64,000 nucleotides of DNA from Bifidobacteriaceae bacterium (lineage in GTDB: Bacteria > Actinomycetota > Actinomycetes > Actinomycetales > WQXJ01), in contig JAISSX010000043.1 in the NCBI GenBank assembly GCA_031272885.1, positions 9,851 through 73,850 on the forward strand. The letters run 5' to 3'. Shown one piece after another: positions 28,545-38,224 of this stretch (positions within the stretch are counted from its first letter, which is position 1; each line of letters begins with the position of its first letter). Position numbers and translations under genes: made by a program. The notes beneath the pieces are model-generated. The model searched no databases. It had not been told where the DNA came from and saw only the letters and a list, made by a program, of their open reading frames with translations.

Positions 28545-29626
28545 CGCGCCACGACCCATTCGGCGTAGAACAAGGCAATGCCAGCGCCCACAAACAGGGC
28601 CGAGATCAGCCAGAAGCGCATCACGATAGTGACCTCGCCCCAGCCGGACAGTTCGAAATGGTGGTGCAGCGGCGCCATCTTGAAGACGCGCTTGCCGCCC
28701 GACAGTTTGAACCAGCCGATCTGGATGATGTCGCTGCCCACCACCAGCACAAACAGGCCGCCGATGATGGCGGCCAGCAGTTCGGTGCGGGTGACAATGG
28801 ACAGGCCGGCGTAGGCGCCACCCAGGGCCAGGGCGCCGGTGTCACCCATGAAGATCTTGGCCGGGGAGGCGTTCCACCACAGGAAGCCCAGGCAGGCGCC
28901 CACGATGGCGGCCGCGACCATGGCCACGTCCAGCGGGTCGCGCACCTGGTAGCAGTGGCGCAGGGCGCCATCGGGCGAACAAAGATGGTTGGTGGCCCAC
29001 AGCGGCACCAGCACGTAGGCGGCGAAGGTCATGGCGCTGACGCCGGTGGCCAGGCCGTCCAGGCCGTCCGTCAGGTTGACGGCGTTGGTCCAGGCCGTGA
29101 TCAGGAAGTTGGCCCAGATGACGAACAGGAAGATGCCCAGGCCGCGGCCCGCCCAACTGAGGTCGATCGAGGTGTCACGCAGGAACGAGATCTTGAACGA
29201 TCCCGGTGTCCAACCCTGGCGGCCCGGGAAATTGATGGCCAGCACGGCGAAGGCGATACCCACCGCGCCCTGGCCGATGAACTTCCACGACGGCCGCAGG
29301 CCCAGCGAGCGCTGGCGGCGGATCTTGATGAAGTCATCCAAGAAACCCACCAGGCCCATGCCCACAAACAGCAGCAGCACCAGCAGCCCGGACAGGTTGG
29401 GGCTATGGCCGGTGGCCAGACAAGAGACGAAATAGCCCACCAGGGAGGCCAAGATGATGACGACGCCGCCCATGGTGGGGGTGCCGCGCTTGGTGAAGTG
29501 GGCCGTGGGGCCGTCCTGGCGGATGAACTGGCCGAACTGTTTGGCGATCAGGAAACGGATAAACAAGGGCGTGCCGAACAGGGCGATGACCAGCGCAATG
29601 ACGGCAGCAAAGAGTAGGTTCAGCAT
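28541..29626 (-). CDS. mraY: Phospho-N-acetylmuramoyl-pentapeptide transferase
   Basis: KRGTPTMGG, NAVNLTDGLDGL, FMGDTG and MAPLHHHFE motifs. Confidence 0.97.
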   Translation of the reverse strand: MLNLLFAAVIALVIALFGTPLFIRFLIAKQFGQFIRQDGPTAHFTKRGTPTMGGVVIILASLVGYFVSCLATGHSPNLSGLLVLLLFVGMGLVGFLDDFIKIRRQRSLGLRPSWKFIGQGAVGIAFAVLAINFPGRQGWTPGSFKISFLRDTSIDLSWAGRGLGIFLFVIWANFLITAWTNAVNLTDGLDGLATGVSAMTFAAYVLVPLWATNHLCSPDGALRHCYQVRDPLDVAMVAAAIVGACLGFLWWNASPAKIFMGDTGALALGGAYAGLSIVTRTELLAAIIGGLFVLVVGSDIIQIGWFKLSGGKRVFKMAPLHHHFELSGWGEVTIVMRFWLISALFVGAGIALFYAEWVVAR

Positions 29627-31044
29627 CAGGCGTTCCCCTCCCCGGCCAGGTCCGCCAACTGGCCCGCCACCCGCCACAGGCCGGTGCCGTGGGACCCCTT
29701 GATCACGATGTGCTCCTGACCGGCCGCCTGGGCCAACGCCCCAGCCAGATAGGCGGCCAAACCTTCGGCTTCCGGCCAGAACTCTACGGCCCCGGGCGCC
29801 ATTCCGGCGCCTGCCGCGCCCGACAGCACCGGACGGGCCCCCTCGCCCACCACGAACAGGCGGGCGTAGCCCAGTTCCGCCACCAGTTGCCCGACGGCGC
29901 GGTGCAGTTCGGGGGCGGCCTCGCCCAGTTCCAGCATCTCGCTCAGCACGGCCCAGGCCTCGTGGCCGGCCGCCTTGGCCATGGCCGCCGTGGCGCGCAG
30001 GGCCCCTTCGACCGAGGCCGGGTTGGCGTTATAGGAGTCATCCACCAGGGTGGCGCCGGCGCTGAGCGGCTTGACGACCATGCGGCCGGGACTGGCCGGG
30101 CCGGCGCCCCGCAGCGCCTGGACAGCCTTGGCTGGGTCGACGCCGGCGGTGGCGGCCGCCGCCACCGCCGCCGCCACGTTGATGGCTAGATGCTCCCCCA
30201 CCAGTTGGGTCTGCAAGGGTTGCCCGGCGATGGTCAGTGCCAGGTACCCGCCTGGGCCGGTTGTGATGTCTTCGGCCCTGAAGTCCGCCCCCGGTCCCAG
30301 GCCGAAGGTGACAACCTTGCCGGCGGCTTGAGCGGCCATCGCCATGACCAGCGGGTCATCCGCGTTCAGCACCGCCATACCGCCCGCGGCCAGGCCCTGG
30401 ACCAGTTCCGCCTTGGTGGCGGCGATGGCCTCGATCGAACCGAACTCGCCCAAGTGGGCGGCCGTCACGCCCAACACCACGGCCACGTCCGGTGGGGCGA
30501 TGACGGTCAGGGCGGCAATCTCGCCCACGTGGTTGGCGCCCATCTCCAGCACCAGGTAGCGGGTGGCCTGGTCCGCCCGCAGCACCGTTAATGGCAGGCC
30601 CAGATGGTTGTTGAAGGACCCGGCCGGCACCACGGTGTTGCCTTGTGCGGCCATGATCCGGCCCAGCAGATCCTTGGCGGTGGTCTTGCCCACCGAGCCG
30701 GTGATGGCCAGGACGGCGGGTGGCTCTTGGCCCTGCCGCAGGCCGGCCAGCGTGGTGCGAGCCAGAGCACCCAGGGCCGCCACGGCATCGGGCACCAGCA
30801 CACCCGGCGCCCCTACCGGGTGGCCCACCAGCACAAACGGCGCCCCGGCGGCCACCGCGGCCGGCGCGTAATCGGCGCCATCGGCGTGCTCGCCCGGCAC
30901 GCCCACAAACAAGGTGCCCGGGCCGGCCAGGCGCGAGTCGATGACGGCACCGGTCACCGTGGGGGCGTCCGGGCCGGCCGGCGTACCCGGCAGCAGGCTG
31001 CCGCCCGTGGCCGCCGCCACCTGGGTTGGGGTCATCGGCTTCAC
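29626..31044 (-). CDS. murF: UDP-MurNAc-tripeptide--D-Ala-D-Ala ligase
   Basis: TGSVGKTT, SFNN..G.P.T, DDSYNANP.S and MLELG motifs. Confidence 0.96.
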   Translation of the reverse strand: MKPMTPTQVAAATGGSLLPGTPAGPDAPTVTGAVIDSRLAGPGTLFVGVPGEHADGADYAPAAVAAGAPFVLVGHPVGAPGVLVPDAVAALGALARTTLAGLRQGQEPPAVLAITGSVGKTTAKDLLGRIMAAQGNTVVPAGSFNNHLGLPLTVLRADQATRYLVLEMGANHVGEIAALTVIAPPDVAVVLGVTAAHLGEFGSIEAIAATKAELVQGLAAGGMAVLNADDPLVMAMAAQAAGKVVTFGLGPGADFRAEDITTGPGGYLALTIAGQPLQTQLVGEHLAINVAAAVAAAATAGVDPAKAVQALRGAGPASPGRMVVKPLSAGATLVDDSYNANPASVEGALRATAAMAKAAGHEAWAVLSEMLELGEAAPELHRAVGQLVAELGYARLFVVGEGARPVLSGAAGAGMAPGAVEFWPEAEGLAAYLAGALAQAAGQEHIVIKGSHGTGLWRVAGQLADLAGEGNA

Positions 31045-32585
31045 AGGCCCACGCCCCTCGCCTTGTCGAGAGCAGCCTGCGCCACCGCCCGGTCCGAGTG
31101 CTCCACCAGGATGCCGGAATAGTCGATGGTGGTCTCGTGGCCCTTGCCCAGGATCGCCACCGTGTCATCCGGCCCGGCGGCGGCGATGGCCTGCTCGATG
31201 GCCTCGGCCCGTTCCGCCACCTCGAAAACCTGCCCCTGGGCGGGGCCATGGTGGCGCATGGCCCGGCTGGCGCCCTCGAAGACGGTGGCCCGGATGGCGG
31301 CCGGAGACTCCGACCTGGGGTTGTCATCGGTGACGTAGACCAGATCTGCCCCGGTGGCCGCCGCCGCACCCATCAACGGGCGTTTACCAAGGTCACGGTC
31401 GCCGCCGGCACCAACCACGGCGATCAGACGGCCCTTCGTGTGGGGCCGCAGGGCGGCCAGCACCTGGGCCACCGATTCGGGCGTGTGGGCGTAATCAACC
31501 ACCACCATGGGGGCGTGGACCGGACCCGGCACCTTCTCCATCCGGCCCGGCACACCCGGCAGGCGGGCAATGCCCTGGGCGGCCGCGGCCGGCTCGGCCC
31601 CGGCGTGCACCGCCACCAGCAGGGCCAAGGCGGCGTTGGTGACGTTGTAGTCACCCGGGATGTCGACCGCCCCCGCCAGATGGGCGCCGGCGGGCCCATC
31701 CAGGGTGAAGGCGGTGTGGCCGCGCGACGGCGCACCCGGGCGCAGGCGCCAATCCGCCCCGGCATCCTGCGACATGGTGACGGTTGGCACGGTGGCCAGG
31801 CGGGCCAACGTGGCGCCCCAGGCGTCCTCCAGGTTGATCACCGCCTGTTTGGCGTGGTCCGGCGTGAACAGGGCGGCCTTGGCCTGGAAATAGGCGTCCA
31901 TGGTGCCGTGATAGTCCAGGTGGTCGCGGCTCAAGTTGGTGAAGGCCGCGACATCGAACTGGAAGCCGTCCACCCGGTGCTGGTCGATGGCGTGCGACGA
32001 CACCTCCATGACACAGGCCGCCACGCCACGTTCCCGCATGGCGGCGAAGGCGGCCTGCAGCTCCGGCGCCTCCAAGGTGGTGCGCTGGGAGGCGATGTGG
32101 ACGTCACCCACCGCCACCATGATGGTGCCCAGCAGGCCCACCAGGCCCATCTGTTCAGCCAGGGCGGCCTGCACCATGTGGGCCACCGTGGTCTTGCCGT
32201 TGGTGCCGGTCACACCCACCACCACCAGATCTTCGGCCGGGTGACCGTAGAACCAGGCGGACAGGGCGCCCAGGCGGGACCGGACGGCATCGACCACTAC
32301 CATGGGGACGCCATCGGGCACCGCCGGCGCTCCCTCGGTGTCCGTCAACACGGCCGCCGCCCCCTCCGCGATGGCCGCCGCGGCGTAGCGGGCGCCGTGC
32401 GTCTTCAAGCCCGGCAGGGCGGCAAACAGGTCACCCGGCTGGACCCGGTTCGATGACAGGGTGAGACCACTGACGATGGCGTCCGCCGGGCCCCTGACCT
32501 GGGCACCCGGCAACTGCGCCGCCACTGCGGCCACCGAGTGGTGGGGCGGGGCGGCCGGTACCAGGCTGGCCAACGAAGCGGTCAC
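31041..32585 (-). CDS. murE: UDP-MurNAc-dipeptide--diamino acid ligase
   Basis: TGTNGKTT, MEVSSH, DHLDYH, DYAHTP and DNPR motifs. Confidence 0.96.
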   Translation of the reverse strand: MTASLASLVPAAPPHHSVAAVAAQLPGAQVRGPADAIVSGLTLSSNRVQPGDLFAALPGLKTHGARYAAAAIAEGAAAVLTDTEGAPAVPDGVPMVVVDAVRSRLGALSAWFYGHPAEDLVVVGVTGTNGKTTVAHMVQAALAEQMGLVGLLGTIMVAVGDVHIASQRTTLEAPELQAAFAAMRERGVAACVMEVSSHAIDQHRVDGFQFDVAAFTNLSRDHLDYHGTMDAYFQAKAALFTPDHAKQAVINLEDAWGATLARLATVPTVTMSQDAGADWRLRPGAPSRGHTAFTLDGPAGAHLAGAVDIPGDYNVTNAALALLVAVHAGAEPAAAAQGIARLPGVPGRMEKVPGPVHAPMVVVDYAHTPESVAQVLAALRPHTKGRLIAVVGAGGDRDLGKRPLMGAAAATGADLVYVTDDNPRSESPAAIRATVFEGASRAMRHHGPAQGQVFEVAERAEAIEQAIAAAGPDDTVAILGKGHETTIDYSGILVEHSDRAVAQAALDKARGVGL

Positions 32586-32593
32586 GGGACGTC

Positions 32594-34816
32594 CTACCAG
32601 GTCAGAGGGAGTTGAACGGGATCGGTGGTGGAGGGCGGCACGCCCAGGCGTTCCAGGGCGTTGGCGGTGATTTCCTTGAACACCGGGCCGGCCACCGTGG
32701 AGCCGTACTCGGTGGTGCGCGGTTTGAAAATGAAGACACCCACGGCGATGCGGGGGTTCTCGGCCGGGGCCAAGCCCACGAACGAGCCGACGTGCCAGGT
32801 GATCAGCGAGCCGTCTTCGGCCGTCTCCAGGATCTGCGAGGTGCCGGTCTTGCCGGCCACACGGTAGCCCTCGATCTGGGCGGTGGTGCCGGTGCCAGAA
32901 TCAACCACCGACTCCATCATCTCCACCACTTGGCGGGCCGTGTCCGCGCTGACCACCCGGTTGCCGCTGCCCACGTCGTTGGCCTGGAACTCGCCATCGG
33001 CGCAGGTGTAGCCCTTAACCAGGTGCGGCGCGATGGCCACGCCGTTGTTGCCCAAGGTGGCGAACACCTGGGTGGCCTGCAGGGCGTTGACGGACACGCC
33101 CTGGCCGAACAGCACCACGTAGCGGGTGCGGCCATCCCAGGCGGTGGTACCCGGCTTGTGCAGAATGCCGGGCGATTCGTTGGGCAGCTCGACACCAGTG
33201 TTCTTGCCGAAACCGAAGCGGGACATGAACTCCCACTTGGTTTCATCCGGCACGTTCTGGCCGGCCATGACCGTGCCCACGTTGGAGCTTTCCGCCAGCA
33301 CGCCGGCCAGCGTCAACTGCTCCACACCGTGGGGGTGCGAGTCGATGTAGGTCTGGCCCTTGTAGGTCCACTCCGACGGCACCGAATACTGGCTGGCCGG
33401 GGTGGCCTCGCCGGTTTCGATCAGCATCGACATGGTCAGGACCTTGCCGGTGGAGCCGGGTTCGAAAATGGTCTCGATGGCGCGCGAACCAACCTTGTCG
33501 CCCTCTTGGATGTTGCCTGGGTCGATGGTGCCGGAATCCGCCAGAGCCAAGATTTCACCTGTTGGGATGTCGATCACCACGGCCGCGCCGGCGTCTGCCT
33601 GCGTGGCTGCCACCTGGGCGTCGATGGCCTGTTGGGCCTGCCACTGCAGGTCCGAGTTGATGGTCAGGGTGACCTCGCAGCCCACTTCGGCTGGGTCCTC
33701 CACCGTCTCGCCGCCCGGAATCGGCTGGCCCAGCGCGCCCACCTCGATGGTGGTCTGACCGGACTTGCCGGTCAGCCAATCGTTCTGGGTCTCCTCGATG
33801 CCGGTGTAGTGCTTGGCCGCGCCCGCCGCGTCATCCTCGAGTTCATACGGGTAGCCGATCAGGTTGCCGGCCAGCGTGTGGGCCGGGTACTCGCGGACAT
33901 AGGACTTCTTGCCGTAGATGCCGTCGATGCCGAGGGCCTCGATGGCGTCCCACGTGGCCTGGTCGGCCTGTTTGATCAACTGGACGTACGTCTCGGTGCC
34001 ATCCAGTTTGGCCTTGGTCTCTTCTTCCGTCAGGTCCAGGAAGGGGGCCAGCAGCTTGGCGGCGGCTTCCGCTCCTTCGCCCAGTTTGTTGCCGTCCTCA
34101 TCGCGCCAGACCCAGCCGGCGATGTAGACCTGGTTGGCCTGGACCTCATAGCGCACCACGTCGGCCGCCAGGACGGTGCCATCGGCCGAGACGATGGCGC
34201 CACGCTGGGCCGGCTCCTCGACTATTCTCAGGCGGCTTTGCTGGCCTTCGGCCGCCACGGCGGCGGCGTCCAACACCTGGATGGTGACCAGCTTGGCGGC
34301 GAAAGCCACCAGGACCAGGCCCAAAGCGACCTTGATGATGGCCTGGCGGGTGCGTGGCCGGCCCAGGCCGCGGAACCAGCCGGTGGGCGGGGCTTTGGGC
34401 TGGGGGGCGGCTTTCGGTTGGGTGGTGGCCTTGGGCTGGGCGGCTGCTTTCGGTTGGGCGGTGGCGGCGAGCGCCCGGGCTTGAACGGCCTTTGGCGAGG
34501 CGGCGGACCTGGCGGGGCGAGCCGAAGGGGCCTGGTCAGCAGCCTGGGTGGCCCGGAGGGAAGCCTGGCCGGCGGCCTGGGCGGCGGCCTGGGCGGGCCG
34601 AGTCCGGCGGGGCCGGGCGGCTTCGCTGGGCTGGGCAGCCTCGCGGGGCTTGGCAGCCTCGCGCGGTTTGGCAGACCGGCCGGGTTGGGCTGCCTGGCTC
34701 GATTGGCCGGTCTGGCTCGATTGGCCGGCCTGGCCGGCCTGGCGCGCGGCGCGGCGCGGTTGGCGGCCTGCGGGCGGTTCGCGGCCTTCCGGCGGTTGGC
34801 GGCGCGGCGGTGTCAT
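32594..34816 (-). CDS. ftsI: Class B penicillin-binding protein FtsI with ~150-aa low-complexity N-terminus
   Basis: EPGSTGK (SxxK), SSN and KTGT motifs. Confidence 0.95.
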   Translation of the reverse strand: MTPPRRQPPEGREPPAGRQPRRAARQAGQAGQSSQTGQSSQAAQPGRSAKPREAAKPREAAQPSEAARPRRTRPAQAAAQAAGQASLRATQAADQAPSARPARSAASPKAVQARALAATAQPKAAAQPKATTQPKAAPQPKAPPTGWFRGLGRPRTRQAIIKVALGLVLVAFAAKLVTIQVLDAAAVAAEGQQSRLRIVEEPAQRGAIVSADGTVLAADVVRYEVQANQVYIAGWVWRDEDGNKLGEGAEAAAKLLAPFLDLTEEETKAKLDGTETYVQLIKQADQATWDAIEALGIDGIYGKKSYVREYPAHTLAGNLIGYPYELEDDAAGAAKHYTGIEETQNDWLTGKSGQTTIEVGALGQPIPGGETVEDPAEVGCEVTLTINSDLQWQAQQAIDAQVAATQADAGAAVVIDIPTGEILALADSGTIDPGNIQEGDKVGSRAIETIFEPGSTGKVLTMSMLIETGEATPASQYSVPSEWTYKGQTYIDSHPHGVEQLTLAGVLAESSNVGTVMAGQNVPDETKWEFMSRFGFGKNTGVELPNESPGILHKPGTTAWDGRTRYVVLFGQGVSVNALQATQVFATLGNNGVAIAPHLVKGYTCADGEFQANDVGSGNRVVSADTARQVVEMMESVVDSGTGTTAQIEGYRVAGKTGTSQILETAEDGSLITWHVGSFVGLAPAENPRIAVGVFIFKPRTTEYGSTVAGPVFKEITANALERLGVPPSTTDPVQLPLTW

Positions 34817-35559
34817 TCGATCACCTCACCCGTTGCGCCATCGGTGGTCACTTCGCCGGTGCCGGTTTCGCCAGCACCAACCTCACCGGCGGTGGCGTCA
34901 TCGGCCACAGCGTCACCGGCCAGGGCGTCATCGGCGGACGCGGCGTCATCGGCCACAACCCCGCCGGAAGCGTCGTCGACCACCGTCTCACCAGTGGCCG
35001 CCGCGACATCGGCCGCCACCTCGTCTTCAATTACGCCACCGGCGGCCACAGCGTCACCGGCCAGGGCGTCATCGGCCACGTAGCCGTCGCCAACCACCTC
35101 ACCGGTGGCGCCGTCTGCACCTTCGGCGGCCGCGTCATCGGCCACTGTGCCAATGGCTGCCGGGGCCGAACCGACAATCTTGCCCTCCCCCAACAGCAGG
35201 TAGGCCGTGCCTTCAGACGGCACCATGCCCAGTTCGACCGCGCGGGCGGCCAGCCAATCCGGCGCCGAACGCAGGGTGAGCTGCTCCTCCAGTTCGTAGT
35301 AGGTGGCCTCGGCGCGGCTGAGCTGCTGCTCCAGTTCGTGGATCTCGAAGGCGCCGGCCGCCAGTTCGGTGCGCAGGTACAAGACACAGGTGAGGCCGCC
35401 CACCAACAAGGCGATCAGGCTGGACAGGTACAGGACATAGCCTCGGCGGCGCTTCGGGGGGGCTACCAGGCGAAGGGCCGGCGGCGTGGCCACAGCCACC
35501 CCACCGGCCGGAGTGGCGGACGGGCTGCGGCGCACGGCCACGGCCGGGACGGCGCTCAT
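34813..35559 (-). CDS. ftsL: FtsL-like protein with long acidic repetitive tail
   Basis: TM, coiled coil and A.ELGMVP motif; lies between rsmH and ftsI. Confidence 0.8.
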   Translation of the reverse strand: MSAVPAVAVRRSPSATPAGGVAVATPPALRLVAPPKRRRGYVLYLSSLIALLVGGLTCVLYLRTELAAGAFEIHELEQQLSRAEATYYELEEQLTLRSAPDWLAARAVELGMVPSEGTAYLLLGEGKIVGSAPAAIGTVADDAAAEGADGATGEVVGDGYVADDALAGDAVAAGGVIEDEVAADVAAATGETVVDDASGGVVADDAASADDALAGDAVADDATAGEVGAGETGTGEVTTDGATGEVIE

Positions 35560-36725
35560 CGGCTCACCCCCTGGCGTGAACGGGTGGCACGGGTCTTGGC
35601 GGACTGGACTGACGGGCGGGGGCGCGACGGACGGGTCTTGACCGCCGCCCGCAGGCGCAGCGGGGCTGACCTGGGATTGCGGGCCTGTTCGGCCGGGCCG
35701 GCCGGCTCGGCGCCACGTGTCAGCAGGCGCAGGTACGGCTTAGTCGCCTCCGGCTCCACCGGCAGACCGGCCGGGGCGGCCGAGGTGGCGGCATCTTGAA
35801 GCACGCGCTTGGCAATGGCGTCCTCCAGCGACTGGTAGCTCATCACCACGATGCGGCCACCCACCCTGAGGAGGTCAATCGCCTGGGGCAGGGCCGCCTC
35901 CAGGGCGGCCAGTTCACCGTTGACCTCGACCCGTAGGGCCTGGAAGGTGCGTTTGGCCGGGTTGCCGCCGGTGCGGCGGGCCGGCGCCGGAATGGCCTGG
36001 CGGATCAACTCCACCAACTGGGCGGAGCGTTCGATCGGCTGATCGGCCCGGGCATTGACGATGGCGGTGGCGATGCGCCCGGCGTAGCGTTCCTCGCCGT
36101 AGCGGGCCAGGATGCGGACCAGTTCGGCCCGCGGGTAGGTGGCCAGGATCCGGGCCGCCGTCAACTCCTGGGTGGTGTCCATGCGCATGTCAAGGGCCGT
36201 GTCACGCGAATAGGCGAAGCCGCGCTCATCCAGATCCAACTGGGGCGAGGAGACGCCCAGGTCGAACAGCACGGCATCGGCCGCTGCAACGCCAAGATCG
36301 TCACAGACCTGGTGGAGTTGGTCGTAGTTGGCGTGCACCACGGTGGTGCGCTCGGCATGGTTGGCGAGGCGTTGTTGGGCCGCCTTGACGGCGGCCGGGT
36401 CCCGGTCCAGGCCGATGATCCTGACCTGCGGAAAAGCCTCGGCTATGAGCCAAGCGTGGCCGCCCAGGCCGATCGTGGCATCGACGTAGACCGGGTGGTC
36501 TTGGCTTTCGATGGCGGGGCCAAGGAGTTCGAGGACCCGCTCGGGGGCAACCGGTACATGAGCGGGCACCACAGGGGCTGCTGATGTTGCGGGGGCCGCG
36601 GATGCTGTGGGGGCTGCGGGGGCTGCAGGGGCCGCGGGCGCCATCGGGCGGGCAGCCGAAAATGGCGGAGCCGGTGCCGGCATGTCCGGAGACACGGGCA
36701 CCAGTCCCGTGGCTCCGTGATCCAT
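35556..36725 (-). CDS. rsmH: 16S rRNA m4C1402 methyltransferase
   Basis: HVPV, DATIGLGGH, DLGVSSPQLD and FQALRVEVN motifs; likely ATG at 36725 behind GGAGAGGA. Confidence 0.96.
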   Translation of the reverse strand: MDHGATGLVPVSPDMPAPAPPFSAARPMAPAAPAAPAAPTASAAPATSAAPVVPAHVPVAPERVLELLGPAIESQDHPVYVDATIGLGGHAWLIAEAFPQVRIIGLDRDPAAVKAAQQRLANHAERTTVVHANYDQLHQVCDDLGVAAADAVLFDLGVSSPQLDLDERGFAYSRDTALDMRMDTTQELTAARILATYPRAELVRILARYGEERYAGRIATAIVNARADQPIERSAQLVELIRQAIPAPARRTGGNPAKRTFQALRVEVNGELAALEAALPQAIDLLRVGGRIVVMSYQSLEDAIAKRVLQDAATSAAPAGLPVEPEATKPYLRLLTRGAEPAGPAEQARNPRSAPLRLRAAVKTRPSRPRPSVQSAKTRATRSRQGVSR

Positions 36726-36844
36726 ATCGCCGGTTCCTCTCCGCTCAAGACTCGGACTTGGTGGGGACGGCCGGCGGGCTTCCTTGGCCCGCCCGCCGCT
36801 CCCGCCACAAAAGGCTGGTCGGGGGCCCTCCTCCACCCGACCAG

Positions 36845-36915
36845 ATCCCCAACCCGCCCAGGGAAACTGGCGCCGGGGAAGTGGCGTCAGGGTCCGGGGC
36901 GGGGCGGAGATCAAG
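36845..36915 (-). ncRNA. mraW RNA motif (actinobacterial cis-element upstream of rsmH/mraW)
   Basis: Minus-strand hairpin CTGACGCC-A-CTTCCCC-GGCGCCAG carries the characteristic CUUCCCC loop in the expected location; boundaries approximate. Confidence 0.8.
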
Positions 36916-36945
36916 CCGTGCGGCCGGAGGGATAGTCGCTGGGGC

Positions 36946-37371
36946 TTACCTCACCCCCTCTTCCAGTGCGGAGTACAGCTCGGTGTACTGATCCAGGTAG
37001 GCCTGCCAGGTGGCGGCGGCCCAAACTTCAAGCCGTTCCTCGAGGCCGATCACGGCCAGGTCGCGCTCCAGGCCGGCGTACTGGCGCAGCGCGGGAGGAA
37101 TGGTGACGCGGCCCTGCCGGTCCATCTCTTGGGCGCTGACCGAGGAATAGAAGATGCGGTCGAAGGCGATGGCGGGCATGCCCTCAGGGGCACGGGCACG
37201 GTTGGCCAGACGGTAGGCCTCGAACTGGGTCTTCGAGAAGAGGAAGAGGCACTGGTTCTGGCCGCGGGTCAGGTAGACGCCATCGGCCAGCGCGGCCCGC
37301 GCGTTGGCCGGCACGATGATGCGGTTCTTGTCATCCAGCTTGATCAGTGACTCGCCGTAGGCATCACTCAT
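36946..37371 (-). CDS. mraZ: Division/cell wall cluster transcriptional repressor MraZ
   Basis: KLDDKNRI.VP, DRQGRVTIP and RLEVW motifs; ATG at 37371 behind AAGGAGG. Confidence 0.95.
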   Translation of the reverse strand: MSDAYGESLIKLDDKNRIIVPANARAALADGVYLTRGQNQCLFLFSKTQFEAYRLANRARAPEGMPAIAFDRIFYSSVSAQEMDRQGRVTIPPALRQYAGLERDLAVIGLEERLEVWAAATWQAYLDQYTELYSALEEGVR

Positions 37372-37384
37372 GGCTCCACCTCCT

Positions 37385-37505
37385 TCCCCTAGCTCACCAG
37401 CGCGCTCCACTTTACTCCACGAATTGGCAGATGATGCTGGGACTTACGGGAAATTTGGCGAGATTGGTCACAAATGTGCTGATCCAGCGGTGGAGCGAAG
37501 TGGAG
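37385..37505. promoter_or_regulatory. MraZ operator boxes (GTGGAG, 10-bp period)
   Basis: Minus-strand GTGGAG at 37415-20 and 37405-10 plus degenerate copies; plus-strand GTGGAG at 37490 and 37500. Confidence 0.75.
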
Positions 37506-37820
37506 TACTACTCAGTGATCCGGGGCACAAGCGGGTCCTGGAGCGTTTCGTTGTGTGTTCAGGCGGACCGGGGGTAGTGGCGTTCCGCCCCTTCGCGACC
37601 GGCGGCGGCCTCGCGGCCGCCACCGCTGCTCAGATGCCCGTGCGCCGAACCCTGAACACCACTACCCCCGGCCCGCCTCTAGCGTCGCCTTGGGCGCATG
37701 GCAGGTTGGGCGGCGCCGCAAACCAACAGTCACGAAGGGGTACTGAGGGGGCCAGGATGACTGAGCGGCCGGGATGACTCAATCTCCAACCCGTGCCGTC
37801 ACCCTTGGTGCGACAGCAGG

Positions 37821-38219
37821 TCAGTAGTCGCGGCGGTGTTCCCAGCGGCGTTCAAGGCGCTCGGTCAGGCTGGGGCGCTTGGTCTTGGCGGCCTTGGTGG
37901 GCCGGCCCGGTTCGCCACCATCGCCGGCGTCCGATGCGTCATCGGCCCCGGCCAAACCGCGTTGGGGGGAACTGAAGGCGAGGTAGGCGCCGGCGAACAT
38001 GATCAAGAAGCCGGCAATCGAGACCCACAGTTGGGGGATGGTGATGCCCAACAGCATCACCGCCAAACCGACCACCACGATGCCGATACCCAGGGCGATA
38101 CGACCACGGCGCGGGCTGACGGGCCCGGCCGCCATGCGGGAGCCCAATTTGGGGTCCTCAGAGGCAAGTTGCTGCTCCAACTGGTCAAGCACGCGTTGCT
38201 CGTACTCAGAGAGGGGCAT
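37821..38219 (-). CDS. DUF3040 family membrane protein
   Basis: MPLSEYEQRVL.QLE..L..EDP start, two TMs, C-terminal RLERRWEHRR; usual position between dinB and mraZ. Confidence 0.9.
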   Translation of the reverse strand: MPLSEYEQRVLDQLEQQLASEDPKLGSRMAAGPVSPRRGRIALGIGIVVVGLAVMLLGITIPQLWVSIAGFLIMFAGAYLAFSSPQRGLAGADDASDAGDGGEPGRPTKAAKTKRPSLTERLERRWEHRRDY

Positions 38220-38224
38220 TGCCA

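Noticed and set aside
36421-36437. TGACCTGCGGAAAA motif inside rsmH
   Set aside because: It lies in coding sequence (AFPQVR) with no flanking inverted arms and is probably coincidental.
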